From Girardia tigrina (lineage: Eukaryota): DNA of 64,000 nucleotides. The stretch lies in contig MQRK01234068.1 of assembly GCA_001938485.1 (NCBI GenBank), positions 17,059 to 81,058 of the forward strand, given 5' to 3'. The translations under genes were made by a program, and so were the position numbers. Below the pieces are notes generated by a model. It was not told the origin of the DNA. It did no database searches and worked only from the letters and a program-made list of their open reading frames with translations. Below are positions 55,227 through 64,000 of this stretch, in pieces; the stretch's first letter is position 1; every line of letters starts with the position of its first letter.

Positions 55227-55814
55227 AGCAAAACTTTATATTTTATCAAATTATTTATGTTTGATTTTTAAGCATATACATTTTTATACATGAAATATAT
55301 TAGTAAAAATATTGATTTTATAATACCGCATTTTTATTAAAGAAGTAAAATTTTAGCAAAATCGAATTTTTGGTATTTTTATAAAATGTTTTAAAATAAA
55401 AATATTATTTAAGTAAAATTTTGGTTTGTAAAATGAGTTTTATTTATCTTAAGTTATTTTAATTCATATTCAAGTATTAGGAAAAAAGTTACACAAAAAG
55501 GAAAATAAAAATTAGAAAAGCTAAAAATAATAAAATATTCCGGATAATAAGGAAAAATGAAAACAAGAAAATTGAATAATTTAATTATTAGTAAAATTCA
55601 ATTAAATTTACAAAATTTAAAACAGTTCAAATTAATTTACTTACTGACGGAAAAATAAACGTAGAGCATCAAAATGAGATATGCGAAAAGCAGAGGTAGG
55701 TGTGAAGAAAAATACGTTTCGTCTTTATACAGAATTTCTTCTCCCGAGTCCATTGGTTCGTGGATGCTAATATTATACTTTGATTTCAATTTAAGAAATA
55801 GATTTTCGAGGAAT
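20825..55814 (-). CDS. SCAP: SREBP cleavage-activating protein; span of ten mapped exons (5' exons not found)
   Basis: All nine introns are GT-AG and phase-compatible; sterol-sensing domain motifs [36 protein letters not shown]; WD40-like C-terminus. Confidence 0.93.
21283..22525 (+). mobile_element. Full-length-sized mariner (middle is an N gap)
   Basis: TIRs TTAGGTGTATAACTTAGTTTTTTGGATTT at both ends, [21 protein letters not shown] (DD34D). Confidence 0.95.
23570..24670. repeat. Local direct and inverted duplications, possibly Helitron-like ends
   Basis: 23615-23725 repeated at 24370-24500; GACTTCCGATCTGCCCCCACA inverted at 24617-24642. Confidence 0.55.
24941..24960 (-). repeat. Short interstitial (TTAGGG)3 telomere-type repeat
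   Basis: CCCTAACCCTAACCCTAACC. Confidence 0.7.
25266..25610 (-). CDS. SCAP: SCAP exon (WD40 region)
   Basis: ttttag|[39 protein letters not shown]|gtaact; 345 nt, phase 0/0. Confidence 0.8.
25800..25895 (-). mobile_element. Penelope-like GIY-YIG endonuclease remnant
   Basis: [22 protein letters not shown]. Confidence 0.75.
25896..26055 (-). mobile_element. Diverged 3'-end fragment of the LINE family at 37680-40180
   Basis: AATGGTATTGAGCC, GGTCCA..CCAACTAAAGA, ATAGGCC.CCTACGG and AGAAAC.ACCAACCAT are shared with 37680-37830. Confidence 0.8.
26123..26356. mobile_element. piggyBac-type MITE (234 bp)
   Basis: TTAA TSD, perfect TIR CCCTTTCCAGCCCA. Confidence 0.9.
26540..29150 (-). mobile_element. 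Decayed Polinton/Maverick-type protein-primed DNA polymerase B with endonuclease VII-like insert
   Basis: [68 protein letters not shown] across several frameshifted ORFs. Confidence 0.93.
29810..31284 (+). mobile_element. Tc1-like remnant split by the solo LTR
   Basis: [19 protein letters not shown] before 30139; [14 protein letters not shown] and a CCCTGTA end after 31029. Confidence 0.7.
30140..31028 (-). mobile_element. Solo-LTR-like element, copy A (889 bp), with nested HINE at ~30349-30727
   Basis: 5-bp TSD GACAT; inverted homolog of 56059-56942. Confidence 0.85.
31725..31890 (-). CDS. SCAP: SCAP exon (WD40 region)
   Basis: ttgacag|(E)[25 protein letters not shown]|gtaacg; 166 nt, phase 2/0. 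Confidence 0.82.
32643..35139 (-). mobile_element. Foldback/Phantom-like Mutator element with frameshifted FLYWCH-MULE transposase (~33050-34341)
   Basis: Long TIRs built of 15-bp AAAACAGCGAATYAY units, 8-bp [45 protein letters not shown]. Confidence 0.95.
34425..34905. repeat. 100-bp AT-rich tandem repeat inside the Mutator element
   Basis: TAAATATTCTCCAATTTAAATAAC recurs at 34561, 34661, 34761 and 34861. Confidence 0.9.
35302..35533. mobile_element. piggyBac-type MITE (232 bp)
   Basis: TTAA TSD, perfect TIR CCCTACAATGCGC. Confidence 0.9.
36400..37670 (-). mobile_element. Decayed Tc1-like element
   Basis: CIMGDETYV and [20 protein letters not shown]; ATG near 37555. Confidence 0.85.
37680..40180 (-). 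mobile_element. 5'-truncated decayed non-LTR retrotransposon (RTE-like RT) with three C-terminal C2H2 fingers
   Basis: [52 protein letters not shown]; CHLENC, C*YC and CHFAGC fingers. Confidence 0.92.
40416..41269 (-). CDS. SCAP: SCAP exon (TM7, loop 7, TM8, start of WD40)
   Basis: aatag|[42 protein letters not shown]|gtaagt; 854 nt, phase 0/2. Confidence 0.92.
41477..41592 (-). CDS. SCAP: SCAP exon
   Basis: [22 protein letters not shown] matches recalled LPKRLRVVYFLARTRLAQRLIM; phase 1/0. Confidence 0.92.
41733..42114 (-). mobile_element. Helentron-associated (HINE/DINE-1-like) non-autonomous element
   Basis: Sub-terminal IRs TACAAGCTTTTAT/ATAAAAGCTTGTA, CAGA/CAAA microsatellite, terminal hairpin ACCAAAAAATATTTTGGT; further copies at ~30349 and ~56363. 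Confidence 0.75.
42218..42260 (-). ncRNA. Minimal type I hammerhead ribozyme motif (Penelope pLTR type)
   Basis: GUGAC-CUGAUGA-U-GGGAU-uauu-AUUUC-GAAAC-GU-GUC-GUCCC: all core nucleotides present, stem II 5 bp, short stem I. Confidence 0.75.
42603..42822 (-). CDS. SCAP: SCAP exon (loop 6)
   Basis: ttatag|LSDIRDC..HKRKAS|gtttgt; 220 nt, phase 0/1. Confidence 0.88.
42869..43062 (-). CDS. SCAP: SCAP exon (SSD TM5-6)
   Basis: [47 protein letters not shown]. Confidence 0.95.
46023..46135 (-). CDS. SCAP: SCAP exon (SSD TM4)
   Basis: [37 protein letters not shown]. Confidence 0.95.
46187..46316 (-). CDS. SCAP: SCAP exon (SSD TM3)
   Basis: [44 protein letters not shown]. Confidence 0.95.
46393..47300 (-). 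mobile_element. Decayed mariner
   Basis: [27 protein letters not shown]-like TTAGGTTGTTGCAAAAG end. Confidence 0.9.
46441..46613. mobile_element. hAT/Charlie-type MITE nested in the mariner
   Basis: TIR CATAGGTTCCCAAA / TTTGGGAACCTTTG, perfect 8-bp TSD CTTTAGAC. Confidence 0.92.
47718..47961. mobile_element. piggyBac-type MITE (244 bp)
   Basis: TTAA on both sides, imperfect TIR TCCTTAAAAGCATGA / TCATGCATTTAGGGG. Confidence 0.7.
49454..50263 (-). CDS. USP (peptidase C19) copy 2: C-terminal portion with His box, no Cys box; either an exon or a 5'-truncated copy
   Basis: Nearly identical to 5230-5930; CDNC/CPSC zinc ligands, [23 protein letters not shown]; preceded by tttttcaattttttag. Confidence 0.8.
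   Translation of the reverse strand: MHKKKIIIPEKSCHALSLMKHFTLSFEKQQEFSIYNFLKENCELKYFGSELTWNKXXXXXEFLNNFLNKLEEEVKPFIGNEALPFQINRDVRLFCDNCQHTKASQPNIVNENMLFINIDGNSEMDEMIVNCIRNKVEGYKCPSCNSINGRGRNCEIFSNSPKYLIVCIKRFVRNPISLXINKLNEEMKIDDKFELLYGNDDSVNISGYELIGVVNHVGGTISRGHYYSFVKYKDQWYKTNDQRITTVSFEEMKKEVKSSNYINVYKKIY
50505..50606 (+). pseudogene. 5S rRNA-derived pseudogene or SINE3 head
   Basis: GATCTCGTCCGATCTCTGAAGTTAAGC, GTTAGTACT, TGGGTGACCG; GTCAA/TTGAC termini; 5' internal deletion and an internal T6 run. Confidence 0.85.
51363..51730 (+). pseudogene. Truncated intronless 14-3-3 copy (probable retrocopy)
   Basis: [21 protein letters not shown] and KMKGDYYR; conserved blocks (AEQAERY) deleted; C-terminal half absent. 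Confidence 0.9.
51731..52035 (+). mobile_element. GC-elevated structured element (retroelement 5' UTR or SINE-like) truncating the 14-3-3 copy
   Basis: Abrupt end of 14-3-3 homology, HDV-like GGTCG..CGACTAA motif, several stems. Confidence 0.5.
52561..53330 (-). mobile_element. Decayed mariner
   Basis: [20 protein letters not shown]-like TTAGGTTGTCCAAAC end. Confidence 0.8.
53340..53716 (+). mobile_element. Internally deleted mariner remnant
   Basis: [15 protein letters not shown] fused to [18 protein letters not shown]. Confidence 0.75.
53720..54907 (+). mobile_element. Gypsy-like integrase remnant with polypurine tract
   Basis: H..CHAG..CVVC zinc motif, [35 protein letters not shown]; PPT AAAGAAGGGGGAG at the ORF end. 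Confidence 0.88.
55066..55220. repeat. (TA)n(TG)n microsatellite with gap; other (TA)n at 15482-15520 and 42532-42569
   Basis: Direct reading. Confidence 0.95.
55645..55814 (-). CDS. SCAP: SCAP exon (end of loop 1 and TM2)
   Basis: tttcag|[28 protein letters not shown](R)|gtaagt; 170 nt, phase 2/1. Confidence 0.92.
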
Positions 55815-56058
55815 CTGAAACAAGATTGTTGGATAAAAGAAATTTTAATTAATTGTATTTAAAATAATCTATTCATTAAATAATTAATTAATTATAAATA
55901 AAATAAAATGTAAATAATGTTAATTAATATCGATAAATAATTTATATCAATATTTATAAATTAATCCTTTTAATATTACGCATTAACTCATTAATAAACT
56001 TTCAATGTGTCCAGGACTCTCCATAAGTACCCCTTTGAAGATAACATTTAACTGATAA

Positions 56059-56942
56059 TGTGAGGAATATTTTAAATTGTTTGAATGTGTTTGAATGATG
56101 CTGTATGTTGATTTAAGTATGGTGAATTTAGAATGGTGATTCTCCCACCCAGATGGAAATTGGTATTTTTTTTATTTAAATTTAAAGTGATTTACTATTC
56201 AAACATAATTAAAATAATCATTTTATAAGTTCATATTTTTTAATTTAACAATTAAAATTAATATTTTTTAATATTTTTAGTAAAATTTAAATTAAATGCA
56301 TTTTTAATAATTTGATGACATTTTTATTCTTTTAAGATTTATTGAGAAATGGTAAAAATTATTATTACAAGCTTTTATTACGTTTCATTTGTTTGTTTGT
56401 CTGCCTGGATACATCAAATCTTGCGATCGAAAATTCACCCACTTCCCGTTCATCTAGCGACAAGAAACTTTCATGACTGATGTATTCTAGGTGACACACT
56501 TTTTCACTGTCTCCGCCTATAATTTGGCCGCAAAAGTAATTAAAGTATCGTTCTCATGTTTTCCTCGGTAGTAGGCTTTGAAATTTGCTACATCTAAATG
56601 CAAATAGAAAGCGGGTTTTCGCCTAGTAGGCTTTGATAATTCAGTCAAAAAAATGTGGGAAGTGGGTGAAATAGATACAGAACCGCAAACATATGACAAA
56701 TTATAAAAGCTTGTACACCAAAAAATTTTTTGGTATGATATTATTTTTAATTAATAATTTGTAGAAGTTAAATATTTTAAAAAATGACTTAGGAAAATTG
56801 TTCGAATAATCATGATTAAAAATAGAAATAAGAAAACCAATTAGAATGATGACAAACGATGAAAGACTTTCTGAGAGTCATAATGACTCTAAATGTGATT
56901 GTAATAAAAATTCAAACGAGACTTGTCTAAGTGTTCTTAATA
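56059..56942 (+). mobile_element. Solo-LTR-like element, copy B (884 bp), with nested HINE at ~56363-56738
   Basis: 5-bp TSD GATAA; starts TGTGAGGAATA, ends TTCTTAATA. Confidence 0.85.
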
Positions 56943-57481
56943 GATAACAAATTAATTAGAGTTAAGAGAATTGTTTAATATTTTCAATAAGCGATTCTGG
57001 CATAGGAATAATTAATAAATAACAATAATAATTATTAATACAAAATACCTATTCTTTATGCGGACAGAACTCTACTTGGCCAATAAAATTTTTTGTTACC
57101 TTTTGAAGAAAGTAAAATTACTATAACATTTTTTTAAAAATGTATTATGTTATTATTAACTAATTAAACCTTTTGTAGAAGGGAAAATTTCATACAAAAG
57201 ATTTCTACAACTCCATTTTCCAAATAAATAGTTACTAATAACATAATAAATTTATTATAAAGCATGGAAGAAAAATAACCAAAGCATTTAAATTTAATAC
57301 AGTTAAAACATGTGTGGATAATCTTAAAATGTTTTTTACAAATATTTTTTTTGATTTACTAGTTTGATCAAATATTTATATAATGATTTATTGTCATCGA
57401 AAATGAGTAAGTGTGCGAATATTGGAGAAAATTGATTCAGTAAAAAGCCTTAAAAATATATTTCTAAATTCCATGGATATT

Positions 57482-58214
57482 TTATGCCAAATTCGTGAAT
57501 TCGGCAACAGTTTGCTGAAACAGTGTAATTGCCGAATTTATAAATTAGTCAATTTTTGCCAAATTAACTAAATGAAAAATTAATATTTAATATGAAAAAT
57601 ATCAATTAAAAATGAAAAAAAATCAATTTAATGTAAAATTCTGTATTTAATATGAAAAATTGTATTTATTATCAAAAAAATATCAATTTAATATTAAAAA
57701 AATCAATTTAATATGAAAAATTCAGCATTTATAATTAAGAAACATGTTATTATTATGAAAAATTATCAATTTAATATGACAAAATAAATTAAATATGAAA
57801 AAAATCTTAATTTGTTATGCGAAATATACTCCAAATGTAAAATTTTTATTCGTAGTTATTTAATTTTCTTCCTTGGTGGCCAGCTGAATAACAAACCTTT
57901 GTATTTTAAAAGCATTTTTTCATATTAAATTGATTTTTCACATTAAATTAATATTTCTCATATTAAATTGATCTTTTTCGTATTAAATACATAATTTTCT
58001 CATTAAATCGTTATCTTTTATATTAAATCGATATTTTTTCAAATTAAATTATTTTTTTCATATTGAATCGTTATTTTGAAAAATTAAATTGATTTATTTT
58101 CATATTAAATACATATTTTTTCAAATTAAATGTTAACATCAATTTTATAATAGAATTAAATTTTTTTAAAAAGGCCGAGTTCGTGAATTCAGCCATTACA
58201 CAAATTTGGCATAA
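57482..58214. mobile_element. Non-coding foldback element
   Basis: TIR TTATGCCAAATT; arms of ~20-nt AATCAATTTAATATGAAAAA units mirrored in reverse complement. Confidence 0.7.
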
Positions 58215-59429
58215 CAGATACATAGAAAGCTAATATAAAGCATGGAAAACATAAGTATATGTTCTAAAGACAGCTCTATTTTTCTAATGTATGACGAGCG
58301 CGTCATCTATCTGCCAAGTTCCAACTGTAGAACAAATCTGTGCAACACGTATATGAAAAGAAGAATTTAAAATACAATAAAAAAATATTGTTAACGTCTT
58401 TGACATATTACAACATTTTATAATCAACTTTCATTCAAAAATCTTTTAAAATGCTTGAACGTTATTGTCACTTATTGGTAAAATATTTTAAAGAGTTCAT
58501 GGATCAATATTCCCATTTAATATATTACGATAATCTCACAATAAAATATTTTAAAAATATTAGTTTATTCTAATTATTTTAATAATTAGAAAGGATACTG
58601 ATAAATTTGTGAGTAGTATTACAAAATAAATTTATAAAACCTATTACTAAAGACATTTGTTATGGATATTCTCAGTCAGCATAATGAAATAATAAATTAG
58701 AACGCATTGGCAAAAAAGAATCGTTATTTAAAATACAGAAGGTTGATATCAGAATATATCAATGTAAGTAATAAATTATTTTCGCAAAACATGACGTAAT
58801 GCACCTATGTTGCTAGGCAGCATTTATATTGAGGATCATAGCCACGATGGGTGTTTAGATGAGAACATGTTTCTCGATATTACACTCGGGAAGGTCTGAG
58901 AAAAGCGGTTTGTGATCGAAATGATTGATTCTTCTAAAAGAATATGCACTACAATAACGTGTATCATATAATGCGAATCGGAGATTATTGATTCAATATG
59001 AGGTGAAGCATGTATTGGTACTTTGAAATGTGCATCGATAGCGTGTAGAGTGAAATTGTGGCGGAAACGAGAGTTTCTTACTCAATTCAGACTATACTGA
59101 TCCTCAAATCATTTTTTACTTTATCTACCTTACCCCTATGAATAGGAATGAGTCGTCATCGAAAATCGTTCTCGACCGCAACAAGACTTATCACGCTCGT
59201 CTCAAATCAATGAACCAACAATCAGTTTAAAATGAAAAAATCTCAATTTAAAATGAAAACGTTATATCGAACCCTCAAGGAAGTTATGTGAATTTTGAAT
59301 TAAAAAACTGTCGTCGTTGGAATTTTGTAAGATTTAGAAATGATTTTTCCTGAATAAGGAACGATTAGAGTATTAAGTTTTTTATCTTGTGCAATAAATC
59401 TAAATTTCTAAATCTTACAAAATTCAAAG

Positions 59430-60050
59430 TATCTTCTGCAATAAATCTCATACTCCTTTGAATTTATGTTCCACTCTGGTTTATCAATTTTCGTGTAATG
59501 AGTGTAACGCCACATACATTGGAGAGAAGTCTCATCATCTTTGTGAACGGATTCAGAAGCATGGACGATTGGGTAATGGTAGTAATATTACTACCGTGTT
59601 AACCCTAATAGTTTGCGCGCTCAAACTAACCAAATTTTAAAAAATAATTAATTATCTAAAAGCTTTATAAAATTATTCGAATAATTTGCGCACCGTTTAG
59701 TTTGCGCGGGCATATTATTTCAATTCAAAAAAACAAAATAAAAAGGTTTGTAAAAATGTTTTTAGGGTGGAATCAACCGTAAAAAGATATTAATAAAAAA
59801 ATAATTTGATTAACTTTGTTTTAATTTTTTTCTATTTTATTTTCTATGTATGAGAAAATTAAAAATGATTTTCAATTTTTTCAATTTTATTTCTATATGA
59901 AAAAATTAAGAATTTATGTAAAAACAGCCGAATAATTTGCGCACGCAAACTATTTGGGATAACACAGTAGACATATTAATGCTTGTAGATCGGAGGTGAA
60001 AACAACTAATTTTAAAATATTGTGCTGTAATTTTAAAAATTATTATTAAT
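59430..60050 (+). mobile_element. Penelope-like GIY-YIG remnant interrupted by a MITE
   Basis: LVYQFSCNECNATYIGEKSHHLCERIQKH, resuming RHINAC..NFKIL after 59969. Confidence 0.85.
59594..59967. mobile_element. TA-flanked pogo-like MITE
   Basis: TIR CCGTGTTAACCCTAATAGTTTGCG / CGCAAACTATTTGGGATAACACAG, TA TSD. Confidence 0.85.
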
Positions 60051-60689
60051 CAATGCCCAATTGATCAGTATATAAAATAACCAGATGATAACGAAATTTT
60101 GCAAATTTAACCTTAATTGCTTTTCAGCAAAATAATTAGTAAATAAGTGATAAAAATCGTCATTTATGAAATAAATTAGTATTTTCATAAAAACTTACAC
60201 GAAATTTCTTGTAAGAATCATCAAAATCGTCATTATTCGAAATCAATGTTCATTTAACCATTTAACGATTTTCAAATTGGTGAAGAACATAAAAGAGACA
60301 GACCATTAAAAGCAACAAAAGCATTATTATTTGATATTGAGCGAACTATAAATCATTTCTATAACTATATAGATTTAGGAAAAAATTAAATATAGTTTTG
60401 TTTTACTTTTATGTAATATTCTTCCATTAATAAATGAAAATTCAATATAAAAATTCAATTATTTCTTTTACTTTTCTAATTTAACCGGTTCTTTTTCAAT
60501 TAAATACTGACCAATAAAAATTATATACTGGTCATTTTTTTTATTAATTACTGATCAAAAATAAATAATACTAATCAAATAATTTACAAAATACTGATCA
60601 TTTAATATATAGTGTTAATATTCATTTTTATAATTTAAAGAATAAAAATCCATATATTTTTTTGAAAAACATTTCGTTAATCAAGACAC

Positions 60690-61629
60690 AAAAGACTATT
60701 CAGTGAGGTTTGACGTCGTCGACTTAAGGCAGATTTCGACAGAGTGGCTTCTAAATGTACGACTGAAGTGTTTCCGGATATTCCGTGTTCATTGTAATAC
60801 TGACGGATCACAGAGACCAGCAATTGCTTCAGATAATGATACTGCTTCTGATAGGAGAGACTCATTTGTTTTATCTTCTCCTTCGTCATTCTCACTTTCA
60901 AACTTGTTTAAGAATCTCTTCATTAGTAAGAATTCTTTCCGTCGCAATATCTTCATCAATGTTAACAAATTCTTCCATAGATGATGTTCAACTGAACGTG
61001 GAACCAAACTCTTGCCTTATAACTTCCTAAATGAGCTGTATTACAACCAAATTTTCCCGTGGTTCAGTAATTTCTGCAGGAACAATGATTATTTCTTGTT
61101 GAAATCCGCCTTTCGAAAACAATTAGCGACAATGACTGTACTGACGCTTTCCCATGCTTTTTCTGCCAGATAAATAACATCCAAAATACTGACTCGGAAG
61201 TCTGCCAATAACTTTTTTAATTGAATATGAAGAAGAAGGCGCTTCTATAGAGTATCTTAAAAGCTGCAATAATTCCTTGATCGCAGGGCTGACTACGTAA
61301 CGTAGTATTAGGTGGAAAGAAAACCAGGTGGAAGGCGGCGCAGAATGTCTTGAGACATTTTCGACAATTAAAAAATCTTGCGAATTTTTCGTATCGTTTG
61401 CTGGTAGAATTTAGTCAGCCACTCGTTCCAAAGAGATCGATTCATCCAAGTTTTGTTACTACTAGCATATTTTACTTGAAGTCTCGCAGCATCGATAAAA
61501 TAAAAAAGAGAACAGGTGTATCATAGGTTAATTTTCTTTAAAGCTTTGATTTTGTAAAATGTGAAGGAAACGTTCTTTAAGTCGAGGTTTTCGTTAATAC
61601 GGGGTTCGTTAAATCGGGTTCGACTGTAT
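60690..61629 (-). mobile_element. Decayed Tigger/pogo (DDE_1) element
   Basis: TACAGTCGAACCCGATTTAACGAA end; KTWMNRSLWNEWL, FFPPNTT..QPCDQGIIAAFK. Confidence 0.8.
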
Positions 61630-63219
61630 AAGACAGTAAAATTGTTGTTAATCCAGTTTGAAGATAGTGGAAAATCCACCGAAATATATTGCAATAAAAT
61701 TTGATTTTTTTAATGGCATTCTTGATTGTAATTGATAAATAGTTATAATTATGACACACTAAAAGTTAATCATGGAAAATTTCGCAAAAATACGGAAAGA
61801 CAACGCGATGAAGTTTAGCAACTGCTCAGTGTTATTGTTGATTTACTAAAATAAAGGTCGGAATGGGATAGTTTTATATAATCTGTAATTAACTAAATAT
61901 GGTTAATAAACAATTTAAAAATCACATATTTGCGGAATAAAATAATTACAGAGGATTTCATTAGATAATATAGTGATTTCATAGATAAATCCGAAGGGAT
62001 TATAAAATATGCACATATTAAAAATAACAAAAGAAATACTGAATAAAAATATTAATAAATTTTAAAATTTAAAGAAATTATGAATAATAACACTGAATTA
62101 CAGTGTTTTTATTTCTTTGAAACGAAGTAGTGATTCTAAGTCAGTTTTTCACGCTGATTTCGAATCTGCAAACCAAATTGCTATATCACATCAGGTTCTT
62201 AAGAAATAGCAAAGGTATGTTTTTAGAGAGCAACTCTTGTTTACTTACTAATAAATAGTAATTAACCGTTACAATAATAAATAAACAGTTATAATTATAA
62301 ATATTATAATTAATTATAATGTATGTAAACCTTCTGCTTATGTTAAAGATACGTAATTAATTCAATTGCATCTTTAGAGGATGCGTCTTACTACGTCATT
62401 TAAATTATTTCAGTGTTTGTATACCAATCAAATAAACGTTAGAATTATTTTAGTTATATACGTGTGTAAGTAAACACATACATTGCAATTGAAGTATAAT
62501 AATAGTATTTTGCTTTTTTATTTCCTTTTTGTAAAAGAGCTAATTGGACCAATTAAAATTCAATGAGCTCTTTTAACATGAATAAATAAAAATATAATTT
62601 TTTTTTAAATTAACGGTAAATACAATTAACAAATAGAAATTCTTTTGATATGGTGATGAGAGGAAAGAGTTTCGATAAATAATTTGATGGACAATAATTT
62701 GCTGGAAAATTTCAGGAATGATAATTGGGAATAAATGTCTTCTAGAAAACATTGGATCGGATACACATAATTCCAGAACTCTTGAATATCAGCTTTGTAT
62801 TTGATTGAACAAATATACTATACTATAAAATCATTGATATTGTATTGATTTTTTTTCGATTCGAATTTTATATATCTAATTTATATACACTATTTATTAT
62901 ATATAATTTATATATCTGTTAGTGACTGGGTCATTACACTTGTTATAGATTTGATTAGATATGGCATCGCGTGGTTGTATTACTTCTAAGGATAAAATTT
63001 GTTATGTTTGTGGACTTTTCACAGACAAGAGTCCCCAGAAGAGTATAACTCCACTGTTACACCGACAAAAGCGCCCACTTTTTTAAATTTATGTTTAAAT
63101 TCTTAACTTAACTAATTCTTAAATGAATTAATTTTGAGAGTCAAAAAATCTTTTTAACAAGAAAAATATTTTAATTAGAAACATTATAAAATTAGATAAA
63201 ACGACATTTTGTGAACACT

Positions 63220-63853
63220 TAAAAAATGTGGCACACAATACAATATAAAAAAATTACAAAGTGAAGCTACAACATGGCACAAAAAATGGACAATTTGTTC
63301 TCCATCAAGAAATTTTAAATCCACTTTAATAGTTCTTGAATATTGTGACTATTTCCCTAATTATTTGGAAGAATGAGACGCAACCGTATAGTGTACAAAA
63401 ATTTATTTTAAAACAAGAGTTTTTTCTCTGCCCAGGCGGGACGTGAACTGATTTAGTTGGCCTGATTTTTCTTCAGCTTCATCGCTCGCCATTTCGTTGA
63501 TGCTGGAAGCTGTCCGCGACAGCTACTTCATTGATTTCATCGTCTGTGTCTTCGAAAATTTGGCCTTCAGTCGCAGGAGCTCTGGGATTGTGTACTGGAT
63601 CTTCACGGAATTTAGCCAGGTTGGAGGAGTCTCTTCCGTCCTTGAATGCGATCCACTGACGCGCATTCCATCGGATATTGCTTCGGATGGTGGCGTGCGC
63701 AATGGCTTTCTCTCTGTGGGGGATGAAGATCGCATTGAGAGCTTTGATGTTGTCCGGGATCCAGGTGCCTAAAGCTCCTACAATGAATGTAAACAATGAC
63801 ACTTTATGATCGCTGAATTTTTCCTGAATGGATTCTTTTTTAACAGTTTCCAT
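63220..63853 (-). mobile_element. 3' fragment of a restriction-like-endonuclease non-LTR retrotransposon (NeSL/R5/Utopia-like)
   Basis: FIVGALGTW motif followed by a GC-rich tail. Confidence 0.65.
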
Positions 63854-64000
63854 TAAACATTTGGAATATGTTTGGTAGAGTTAATAGTGATTTTCCGCGT
63901 ACAAATAATTCAATTGAAGGTTGGCATAGAGCCTTTCAACAAACCGTGGAGTGCAACTATCCATCAATTTTTAAAAAGCGGAACATTTTAAAAAAGAACA

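Noticed and set aside
21065-55644. Sense-strand bias of insertions in SCAP introns
   Set aside because: Roughly ten versus six, not convincing
62099-63060. DNA-transposon-like end and MASRGC..CYVCG start; FQQIIVH as a possible SCAP exon
   Set aside because: Fragments too short to classify, and no consistent splice sites for a SCAP exon

Overview
AT-rich eukaryotic (most likely invertebrate animal) genomic DNA with assembly gaps and a heavy load of transposons. Two conserved host genes can be rebuilt by hand, both on the minus strand. VPS35L/C16orf62 has two exons here (8693-10190 and 4010-4210), and no further 3' exon was recognised in the window. SCAP (SREBP cleavage-activating protein) has ten phase-consistent GT-AG exons from 55814 down to the stop at 20825; its 5' exons were not found. 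Introns and spacers hold mariner/Tc1/pogo, hAT, piggyBac-type MITEs, a foldback Mutator, a Polinton-type DNA polymerase B, a zinc-finger LINE, Penelope remnants, a Gypsy integrase, solo LTRs, Helentron-type elements, a 14-3-3 retrocopy and a 5S rRNA pseudogene. The most unusual item is a dispersed, intronless ubiquitin-specific protease (USP) present twice, each copy inside a different gene's intron. Copy 1 has three tandem Cys-box repeats, two with Cys replaced by Trp, and lacks the catalytic His. Copy 2 keeps the His box but lacks the Cys box. Also notable are an intact minimal hammerhead ribozyme core in the sense strand of a SCAP intron and a degenerate HDV-like motif. All calls come from reading the sequence and recalled family knowledge; no searches were run.
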